From: a bacterium
GTDB lineage: Bacteria > Zhuqueibacterota > Zhuqueibacteria > Oceanimicrobiales > Oceanimicrobiaceae
Length of the DNA: 20,607 bases
Assembly (NCBI GenBank): GCA_046757525.1
Contig: JBHHYI010000070.1
Location: 1-20,607, forward strand
Direction: 5' to 3'
The notes beneath the pieces were generated by a model. That model ran no database searches. It was not told where the DNA came from and was given only the letters and a program-made list of their open reading frames with translations. Each line of letters begins with the position of its first letter. Positions within the stretch are counted from its first letter, which is position 1. Positions 9,509 through 16,413 of the stretch are shown in pieces. The translations under genes and the position numbers were made by a program.

Positions 9509-10135
9509 TTATCTCACATATTTCCTGTAGCGATCATTGATCCTTGCCCAATGCAAATTGTTGAGGAAATTATCGATGTATCTTGCTCGACCAGGCCCAT
9601 CTTTGTGGTAATAAGCATGCTCAAAAACGTCACATGAAATCAGCGGAATGCCTCCCCAAATTGCACCATATTGGTGTTCGTCAACCAGAACGTTGACCAA
9701 CCTTTGGGAATAAAGGGCATCGTAAACCAGCAAACCCCAACCGCTCAATTTTGCCGCAAAAGCTGTGGCCTTGAAGTCAGCCTTCCACTTGTCGAAAGAA
9801 CCAAAGTGTTGTTCGATGGCCGCTTTTATTTCCGGACCCTTGTTGACGTCACCATCGCCGCCCATGACGTCCCAATAGACATCATGTAGCAAAGCACCAG
9901 AGTGATTCCATGTGAGCCGACGTTTCAATTCACCAAACTCGCTCCAATTGCCATTAGCCGCGCCAAGGTCCGCTCCCTCTAAAGCCTGCTCAATTTTATT
10001 CAAAAACGTAACATACCCTTTATGATGGGTATTATAATGCCAGTCCGTAGTTTCAACCGAAATGACATCTTTTAACAAATCCTTTGCCTCATCGTCTGAA
10101 TAAGGCCTTGGATTGAATTTCCACTCATAGCCCAT
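9509..10135 (-). CDS. sod: Fe/Mn superoxide dismutase family protein
   Basis: WHYNTHHKGYV, WNHSGALLH, SGWG and DVFEHAYY metal-ligand motifs; AAAGGAGG SD. Confidence 0.93.
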   Translation of the reverse strand: MGYEWKFNPRPYSDDEAKDLLKDVISVETTDWHYNTHHKGYVTFLNKIEQALEGADLGAANGNWSEFGELKRRLTWNHSGALLHDVYWDVMGGDGDVNKGPEIKAAIEQHFGSFDKWKADFKATAFAAKLSGWGLLVYDALYSQRLVNVLVDEHQYGAIWGGIPLISCDVFEHAYYHKDGPGRARYIDNFLNNLHWARINDRYRKYVR

Positions 10136-10187
10136 GATCTTGCCTCCTTTATAATATGTTGCGATTGAGTAATCTTTGGTTTTTCAT

Positions 10188-10215
10188 AATATAAAACATT
10201 TTCAGAGGAAAACAA
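10188..10215 (-). promoter_or_regulatory. Candidate sigma70 promoter for sod
   Basis: Minus strand TTGTTT-N16-TATATT, about 50 bp upstream of the ATG. Confidence 0.4.
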
Positions 10216-10299
10216 CTGAATTGATCCTATTTCTCGCATTTTTTTGTCGGCACATGGGGCGCGAAAAACGCAGCCGGAGAATTATTGCTTAGAAGCCCC

Positions 10300-10324
10300 A
10301 GCAATCCGGTGCCACCGGATTGCT
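10300..10324. repeat. Perfect palindrome (element A)
   Basis: AGCAATCCGGTG-C-CACCGGATTGCT, 12 bp arms. Confidence 0.85.
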
Positions 10325-10353
10325 TTCAATGTCGGAAACTCAAAGGCAGCCCC

Positions 10354-10422
10354 GTCGTGCAGGAGGCATCTTGTTACAGGTCAGCACTGTGCAGCCAGCC
10401 AACAGGATTCCTCCTGAATGAC
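10354..10422. repeat. Imperfect inverted repeat, GTC...GAC-ended REP/MITE-like (element B)
   Basis: GTCGTGCAGGAGGCATCTTGTT-N25-AACAGGATTCCTCCTGAATGAC; 18/22 Watson-Crick; begins with CGTC. Confidence 0.7.
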
Positions 10423-10481
10423 AACCGGAAGCTGTGATAAAGGACGGAGACAGCGAGGCGTTTCCTGAAAGCACTGTACGA

Positions 10482-10588
10482 GTCATCCCGAGTAGGCCGC
10501 TGCTTCTCAAGCGACCGTATCGAGGGGTGACGGCCGTCGCCCTTCGATACGTCCCGACCCAAAAGCGGTCGGGACTACTCAGGACGAG
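10482..10588. repeat. Four-way-junction palindromic element (element C)
   Basis: Outer stem TCATCCCGAGTA/TACTCAGGACGA. Arms GGCCGCT/AGCGACC, GTATCGAGGGG/CCCTTCGATAC and GTCCCGACC/GGTCGGGAC. No unpaired bases at the junction. Confidence 0.8.
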
Positions 10589-10632
10589 TGCCTGTGTGCG
10601 CAAAGAAAAACAAATGTCAGTCCGCAGCAGCT

Positions 10633-10757
10633 CTCTTCCCCAAACTCCTGTTTGGGAATGCCCTGGTTCGAGAAGCTCTGCTTCGAGGAGTCCGGGATGC
10701 CTCTCGGAGCGAAACTTCTCTCCCAATTGCGTTCCAAAAATAAAATTTTGGAACGAG
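10633..10757. repeat. Degenerate composite palindromic element of the CTCGTTCCCAA...TTGGGAACGAG type (element D)
   Basis: Terminal hairpins CCCAAAC-TCCT-GTTTGGG and CGTTCCAAAA-ATAAAA-TTTTGGAACG, internal hairpin GAAGC-TCT-GCTTC, and roughly inverted ends. Confidence 0.7.
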
Positions 10758-10785
10758 GGGGAGAAAAGGGTGAGGTTTTTTGAAG

Positions 10786-10882
10786 CGTCCAGCGAAAAAA
10801 TTAGAGGGATTTCAGGAGGCAGCCTGAAAACCCAGGCCACAGTTCTGGCCTCCAGACATCTCTCTAATTTTCGTACTGGACG
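10786..10882. repeat. Three-way-junction structured element (element E)
   Basis: CGTCCAG/CTGGACG plus CGAAAA(AA)TTAGAGGGAT/ATCTCTCTAATTTTCG enclose the hairpins TTCAGG-N6-CCTGAA and AGGCCA-N6-TGGCCT. Confidence 0.65.
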
Positions 10883-10924
10883 GGCGAAAATCTGTTTCTT
10901 TTCAAAGGGAGAATTGTCCTATGG

Positions 10925-10946
10925 AAAAAATCAGGCATCTGCCTGA
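10925..10946 (-). terminator. Probable intrinsic terminator downstream of the porU-thioredoxin-glutaredoxin genes
   Basis: Minus strand TCAGGC-AGAT-GCCTGA-TTTTTT. Confidence 0.6.
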
Positions 10947-10969
10947 CGCAATCGAGACGATTGCGTTAC
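10946..10969 (-). repeat. Short REP-like hairpin starting GTAA (element F)
   Basis: Minus strand GTA-ACGCAATCG-TCT-CGATTGCGT, perfect 9 bp stem. Confidence 0.55.
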
Positions 10970-11081
10970 GAAGAGACGCGTTAGATGAAGAAGCTCGAAT
11001 GACCAAACAGAGGTGGGGGAAAATCGCCAAACAACAATCAACGAAGCGTCTCAGGACTGCCGCCGGAGCGAATGTTGTTAC

Positions 11082-11363
11082 TCAACCTCGACTCATTTCC
11101 ATTTTCAGTTTCCTTCGCAAGGCCTCTTCACCGACTCTAAATTTGAATGCCTTGCGGCCGTTTATGAAGATCACGGGAATTTGTTCCTTGTATTGCTGAT
11201 AAAGCGCATCGGCCTGAGTAATATCGATTTCCTCCAAGTCGAACGGAAATTCTTTTTGAACCTTTAAAAGGACGTCCTTAGCGGCTTCACACAGATGGCA
11301 ATCCTTCTTAGAGTAAATATCAACTTTTATCTTTCTTTCCCTCCTGCTTAACAAAGTCCTCAA
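11082..11363 (-). CDS. Glutaredoxin-like protein (DUF836 type); true start uncertain (TTG 11363 or ATA 11330)
   Basis: IKVDIYSKKDCHLCEAAKDVL..LEEIDIT..YKEQIPVIFING: CxxC plus cis-Pro IPV motif. Confidence 0.88.
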   Translation of the reverse strand: MRTLLSRRERKIKVDIYSKKDCHLCEAAKDVLLKVQKEFPFDLEEIDITQADALYQQYKEQIPVIFINGRKAFKFRVGEEALRRKLKMEMSRG

Positions 11364-11865
11364 ACTTCATCTTCTGGTACCACTCCTCTGCCAGGAATTT
11401 CAAAATCAGTTTGAATTTGTCGGCGGGAATGTAGCCTGAGACCGTGGTGATGAGACTGCCCTTTGAGTCGAGAAAAGCGGTCGTTGGAAAGCCGGTCACG
11501 CCGAACATCATTGAAAGCTCGCGGCCCGAATAATAAGCCTCCTTGAACTTGAATTTGTCATTGGTTTCTGCATTTAGTTTTGCCAGCACGATGTTCTCTT
11601 TGGCATAGTCGACGATGTCCTGATTCGAATAGGTCTCTTTTTCCATGACCTTACACCAGTGGCACCAATCTGTGTAAAAATCAACCACTAAGAGCTTCTT
11701 GTTTTTCCTGGCCATTTCAATGCCCTCGTCAAAGGTCAGCCATTCCACTTTTTTTCCTTGGTCTTTCTTGGCATCGTCGTGACTTCTGGTGAGACTGTTG
11801 CTGAATCCAATGATCAATAACGGCAAAGAAAAAAGCATCACGCCCGAGAGTATTTTCTTTTTCAT
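11320..11865 (-). CDS. Exported thioredoxin-fold protein (DUF255/SoxW-like)
   Basis: Signal-like MKKKILSGVMLFSLPLLIIGF; VDFYTDWCHWCKVMEKETY; FGVTGFPTT. ATG 11865 has an AAGGA SD. Confidence 0.9.
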   Translation of the reverse strand: MKKKILSGVMLFSLPLLIIGFSNSLTRSHDDAKKDQGKKVEWLTFDEGIEMARKNKKLLVVDFYTDWCHWCKVMEKETYSNQDIVDYAKENIVLAKLNAETNDKFKFKEAYYSGRELSMMFGVTGFPTTAFLDSKGSLITTVSGYIPADKFKLILKFLAEEWYQKMKFEDFVKQEGKKDKS

Positions 11866-11889
11866 CTGTATTCCTTTCACTCTTTGTTT

Positions 11890-14800
11890 CTAACGGATTA
11901 TGGCCAACCGACCGATTACTTCCTTTTGCAGTGTTCCAGATTCCCCCGTTGCTTTCGCAGTCAACTTGTAGAGATAGATACCATTTGAAGGGAAGTCGCC
12001 GTCTTCGTCCCTTCCATCCCACTCAATCATATTAAAACCACTCCTTGCAAACAGATATTCCCTGGGCAGCGTGCGAATCAGCTGCCCAGAAATGGTGTAG
12101 ATTTTTATCTGCACCTGGGCATCCAGGTTTGAAAAGAAGCTAAATGTGGTATTCCGTGAAAACGGATTCGGGTAGTTCAGAACCTCCCTGAGCACCAAAC
12201 TTTGATCGTGAATCACAGCGACTTCCACCGCAGCAGTGGTGGAATTGTTGGAGTTGTCCCAGGCTTTGACCAGCAGGGTGTGCCGATCTTCGCCGTTAGG
12301 TGCAACGCAAGGAACTTTCTTGCCCCCAATGTCTACCTCTTTGGGAAAATTCAAGGGGAACTCCACTCTTCCTCGCAGATGGTCTCCTTCGTTGAACTGG
12401 AACAGGCCGGTCAAATCGATACTGCCAATGCCCAGGAATCTCGATAATTCCGAAAGGCAGGTCTCCTGATCCGGGTCAATAGAAAGGGTCAGTCGATGGC
12501 CGATCTCGCCGGCAATGTTGACGCCGCTCAGGCTGTCCCCAATGTCGACGATTAGCAGCTCATTTTCGCCGACAATATCGCCTGTGGTAAAACTCGGCTG
12601 ACTCTCAAAGGATATCCTGATCCTGGGGCCCCGCGTATCCACCAGATTGGAAGTGGTGCCGCTCACCAGAATGTTGTCGCGGTAGCCCTCTCCATCGGTT
12701 TCATCGTTCCACACGTAGGTGCTCAAACGGGCCTGCTTGCCGCCATAGGAAATATCTTTTGGAACTATGAATTTGGCGGTGAATTTCCCATTGGTCACCG
12801 AAGTAGTCCCTCGAAATATGGTATTGCCCGGCAAGAAGTAGTTGACTGGGCCACCGATTTCCGGGAAGTGCTTGACGAATTTGCGTGAATCGAAAGTCGT
12901 GACCAATGCCTTGCCATTGAAACTGCTCCACACCTGACCGTCTTTTCTGACTTCACCCTCGACTTCGATGGTGTTTAACGCTACAATTGAATCGGGTTGC
13001 ATTGAAGTGATGACCACCTCTTGCCTGGGAATGGCCAAACGCAGTGTGGGATCTCCGAATATGTGAAACTTTTCATCATTGACCGTGTTTCTTGTCCGTA
13101 TTCTCGTGGAAACAAAGGCGTCGCCGATTCGGGCCGACTGTCCAAATGCGGGAAACAGGCGTGGATAGAACTGTTTGTTAAAAAAGGCATTGTTGCCAGA
13201 GAATACCAGCCGTGCCGACGACAGCATGGCGATGGCACCACGGTTTTCCGTCAAAAGCAACTCTTCTGCCTGACTCTGGCTTTGGGGATTGTCATACAAG
13301 GCCCAGTCGCAGGTTGCCGCAACGAAAAAAACCAACTTGTCTTGGTTTTGCACCCGATCGTTATCCGCCTTTTGAAATACGATTTCGTGGGCCCACTGGG
13401 TAGCGTTACCGTGTCCTATGTAGTTTACGATGAGAGTGCCTTTGTTTATTTGCCGAATCAAAGCTTCCTCAGCAGCCGGCTTCCGAACCCCTGAAACCGA
13501 GGCACTCAAAACTTTGGGGAATTCGGACAGATAGATTTTTTCCACATCAAAACTCTTGGGAAGATAATTCTCGGCAATGCTTTCGGCCTGAGGAATGTGC
13601 AACCTGGCATCGCTGGCGTCGGGACGCCCCCCTTGGTTTAATTCGTCATCGCCCACCATAGTAACGGTATTCCTCCAGGCGCCCCTCAGAGGCTGGGTTT
13701 CGTAGGCGATGATCTTGTCGACCGCATTCTTGGCATCCGTTAGAGTTTGCACGTTCAAGCGGCCGATTGCCATGTCCATCACAGCATCATTGCCGGCAAC
13801 GTAAGTGTACCGACTATCGGCGGTTCGACTGCCCAGTTCCACCAGCTCCGTGGTCTGATACGTGGGAATCCAGTTCTTGTCTGCTTTGCTAATGATATTC
13901 CTGTGATCGTAATCACCGTCGCCTAACAGCAACACATAGCCGGGTGCAGGGTCCCAATTCTCAAAAGCATACTTCAGAAAATCTCGGATGGCCACTGGAT
14001 CCATTAGCCCGCCGGAAAAGTTGTCATAAATATCGGAGATGCGCACGACCACTGTTTCTAAACGATTGTCCGGGTTGCCATTTTCCCTGAAACTCTCCAA
14101 CCGTAATGCTTCTGAAAGAAAATCTTCGTGCGTGACAATTACGAATTCTGCACCAGTGGCGGCAGTTCTGAGGTCCGTTGTTTCCACGCGTTCGATATTC
14201 GGCACAGATCTGAATTTCGATGAATTCAAGGCAATATAGCGCCTGGGCAGACTGGGGTCCTGAGCGTCGGTGAAGGTCAGATTTCCGTTGGCGAAATCCG
14301 TCCCTACGATCTGCTTGACATTGGAAAAATCCGTCACGTCAAAAAGCTGAACGGCCTTGTCGCTAAAATTGCCAACTTGATAACTTCGCGCACCAGAAGC
14401 GGGAAAAACGGTGAAAGCCAGCTCGTCGTCGACCGCGTTTAAGCGGGCCGTGTAGAGCAGTTCGAACCAATCCATATAGGCCTGGCCCTCTTTAAACGGA
14501 GGTGAGTATTCAAACTGTAATTTGTTGTCGCCTGCTATCAGACCGCCACCCAGCTCAACCGACGCCGTGAAAGCTCTCATGCGCACAAACCCATCGAGCT
14601 CGGGCGAAAGGCCAGCGAACTGCACGTTGTCGACGAAGCTGCCATTCAAGAGCACAGCAAAACCATGGATTCCCTGGTTGATCGAGGCAAACCGGTAGGT
14701 GATCAGCAAGGAATCGTCCGGGACGGCGTTGGGCAATGTGAAGGTGAACAACTTTTTTCGGCTAAATTCGTCTGAGGCAAACAGCCAGCCGAACCAGTCA

Positions 14801-16023
14801 AGTCCGGACCTCAACGGGCTGTTCTGCTCCTCTTCTACAAAGATGCGGCCCTGGTAGGTATTGACTGCCGCACCGGTGGGCGCTGGCGAAGCGACTTCTT
14901 GCATCCTCTTGCCGTCTTGTTGACCCTCCCAGGTGATCCAGTAGACGTTGTCAAAGCCATAATGATTGATGTAATGAGAATAAGATTGCTTCTGGCTATC
15001 GTAATCCCAACCGCTAACGCCAACCCCGTAAAAGAGGATAAAGTCGTCCCGGTCGAATCGCCCATCGCCACCATCCTCAACCAGAATGGCGTTTTCCAGC
15101 AAGCCGTCAGGCCGTGGCTGATTCATGTCTCTCGGGAGCTCTCTACCCCCATTGTTGAAAAGGCGAACCTTCGACGGCTCAATTTCACTTAAATTGATTC
15201 CATTGGATTCCAGGAATTTGCCATCGATTTTATAAATGCCTTCTTCCTGAATCGTCATTTTGTAGAACTGATTGGTGCCAAACAAGCTGGCCCTTTTACT
15301 CAAGGAGGCCGCTTTGCTCTTGACACGGCGCCATTGGACAGCTTGTTGGTAATTGAGAATGGTATGCCGGTACAAACTCTCCTCGCTTCTCGATCGCCTC
15401 ACTGGAGGCGGGACGGGCGTGGTTTTGCCCCCGACAAATTCTATTTTGAGTGTGATCCGGTTGTATTTTTTGATTTTGTTTTTGGCCGGCATGTACTGCA
15501 CGCCGAAAACCTCAATCCTGACAACTTGCTGATTGCGAAAATATTCGGGTTTGCCAATCATGACCAGAGATGGAGGGTAATCCCCGGTGCGACCGTACAC
15601 CTCCTGGTCTAAGATGAACTCTTCTTGTACCACGTCCTCTACCTTTTTGAACCGTGGAAAAGGCAGCAACTTGACGTCATCGAGAATCTCATAGTCCGAT
15701 TCAATAATCTGATACTGAATGCTTGCGCCGTCTGGAATGCCCAAAACCGCCACGTGGTAAGGAATTTGCGGATAGCCGGCCTTTTCGGTAAAGCCGGCAT
15801 CGAAGAAATCGACCTTGACAAACTCCTGCCGGTCAACCTCGATGCGATCGAGCGTCCATTTTTGCAGGGTAAACGTAAGCGTGACACCCCGCGCATCGCT
15901 GCTCACTATTTGTACCGGCTTCTCAACACCTGGCTGGCTGTTGGCGTTGTCAAACCAGGTGGTCATGAGACATAAACCAAGTGTAGCAGTCAAAAGTGAA
16001 ATTCTCTTAAACACTAACTTCAT
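11890..16023 (-). CDS. porU: Type IX secretion system sortase PorU-like, peptidase C25
   Basis: Signal peptide; C25 propeptide-like region; YKMTIQEEGIYKID; LFNNGGRELP; IYDNFSGG..DPVAIRDFLK; YVLLLGDGDYD; catalytic NYIGHG and ATC; GDPTLRL; FIVPKDISY; IGH..VKAWD.SNN; C-terminal NYPNPF..KIYTISGQLIR..WDGRD..NGIYLYKL sorting domain. Confidence 0.88.
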   Translation of the reverse strand: MKLVFKRISLLTATLGLCLMTTWFDNANSQPGVEKPVQIVSSDARGVTLTFTLQKWTLDRIEVDRQEFVKVDFFDAGFTEKAGYPQIPYHVAVLGIPDGASIQYQIIESDYEILDDVKLLPFPRFKKVEDVVQEEFILDQEVYGRTGDYPPSLVMIGKPEYFRNQQVVRIEVFGVQYMPAKNKIKKYNRITLKIEFVGGKTTPVPPPVRRSRSEESLYRHTILNYQQAVQWRRVKSKAASLSKRASLFGTNQFYKMTIQEEGIYKIDGKFLESNGINLSEIEPSKVRLFNNGGRELPRDMNQPRPDGLLENAILVEDGGDGRFDRDDFILFYGVGVSGWDYDSQKQSYSHYINHYGFDNVYWITWEGQQDGKRMQEVASPAPTGAAVNTYQGRIFVEEEQNSPLRSGLDWFGWLFASDEFSRKKLFTFTLPNAVPDDSLLITYRFASINQGIHGFAVLLNGSFVDNVQFAGLSPELDGFVRMRAFTASVELGGGLIAGDNKLQFEYSPPFKEGQAYMDWFELLYTARLNAVDDELAFTVFPASGARSYQVGNFSDKAVQLFDVTDFSNVKQIVGTDFANGNLTFTDAQDPSLPRRYIALNSSKFRSVPNIERVETTDLRTAATGAEFVIVTHEDFLSEALRLESFRENGNPDNRLETVVVRISDIYDNFSGGLMDPVAIRDFLKYAFENWDPAPGYVLLLGDGDYDHRNIISKADKNWIPTYQTTELVELGSRTADSRYTYVAGNDAVMDMAIGRLNVQTLTDAKNAVDKIIAYETQPLRGAWRNTVTMVGDDELNQGGRPDASDARLHIPQAESIAENYLPKSFDVEKIYLSEFPKVLSASVSGVRKPAAEEALIRQINKGTLIVNYIGHGNATQWAHEIVFQKADNDRVQNQDKLVFFVAATCDWALYDNPQSQSQAEELLLTENRGAIAMLSSARLVFSGNNAFFNKQFYPRLFPAFGQSARIGDAFVSTRIRTRNTVNDEKFHIFGDPTLRLAIPRQEVVITSMQPDSIVALNTIEVEGEVRKDGQVWSSFNGKALVTTFDSRKFVKHFPEIGGPVNYFLPGNTIFRGTTSVTNGKFTAKFIVPKDISYGGKQARLSTYVWNDETDGEGYRDNILVSGTTSNLVDTRGPRIRISFESQPSFTTGDIVGENELLIVDIGDSLSGVNIAGEIGHRLTLSIDPDQETCLSELSRFLGIGSIDLTGLFQFNEGDHLRGRVEFPLNFPKEVDIGGKKVPCVAPNGEDRHTLLVKAWDNSNNSTTAAVEVAVIHDQSLVLREVLNYPNPFSRNTTFSFFSNLDAQVQIKIYTISGQLIRTLPREYLFARSGFNMIEWDGRDEDGDFPSNGIYLYKLTAKATGESGTLQKEVIGRLAIIR

Positions 16024-16047
16024 AGAGTATCTTGACCGTTTTGAATG

Positions 16048-16233
16048 TCAATCGGTTCGGCTCTGTTTGTCCTTGATGAGAAAAATACAAATTACGCCGA
16101 TCCCCAGTACAAAGGTGTACATGATTAATAGAAATAGTCGCGGCGGGCTCATGAAAAGAATTTCATAACCCAACCCCAAAAAGGCAAAAAATAAAAAAAA
16201 CAGTCCACGAATTGTAAAGGAATCCACTGTCAA
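16048..16233 (-). CDS. Small hypothetical membrane protein with two TM helices
   Basis: 61 aa with two hydrophobic segments and a charged tail; ends 24 bp before the porU start. TTG start, weak SD. Confidence 0.5.
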   Translation of the reverse strand: MTVDSFTIRGLFFLFFAFLGLGYEILFMSPPRLFLLIMYTFVLGIGVICIFLIKDKQSRTD

Positions 16234-16413
16234 GGTCTCTTATTTTCGAACGTTAAACTGAGCCGCGAAGAAGAACCGGGCCCTGCCTTGATAATTCAAA
16301 ATAACTTCTGCAGACCACAAAAACAACCCCAAAAATACGAGTCCTCTGTCCTGGCAAGCTCTCGTTAAACGACAAACTAACAGCGATGCAACATAAACAT
16401 TGCAGAATTTAGA

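Noticed and set aside
10148..10195. Fur/PerR box upstream of sod
   Set aside because: Only a TTATAAT half-site and a weak GATT-N4-AATC dyad; no convincing 7-1-7 repeat.
10340..10946. ORFs 10340-10840 (-), 10374-10562 (-) and 10434-10946 (+)
   Set aside because: They run through the palindromic elements, have Arg/Ser/Pro-rich non-protein-like composition and show no motifs.
10300..10969. CRISPR array, integron attC array, tRNA, tmRNA, RNase P or SRP RNA
   Set aside because: No identical direct repeats with spacers, no RYYYAAC/GTTRRRY-bounded sites with cassettes, no cas or integrase gene, and none of the signature sequences of these RNAs.
10921..11199. 92 aa plus-strand ORF with an AAGGGAG SD
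   Set aside because: Its 5' end is made of the terminator and a REP-like hairpin, and its 3' 118 bp overlap the glutaredoxin gene antisense. Not supported as a gene, though not fully excluded.
11320..11345. -1 frameshift at G_GGA_AAG fusing thioredoxin and glutaredoxin
   Set aside because: The -1 frame hits TAA within three codons; the glutaredoxin is in the +1 frame.
16387..16404. TGCAA-N8-TTGCA dyad downstream of the beta-barrel gene
   Set aside because: Only 5 bp arms, expected by chance, with no associated promoter.
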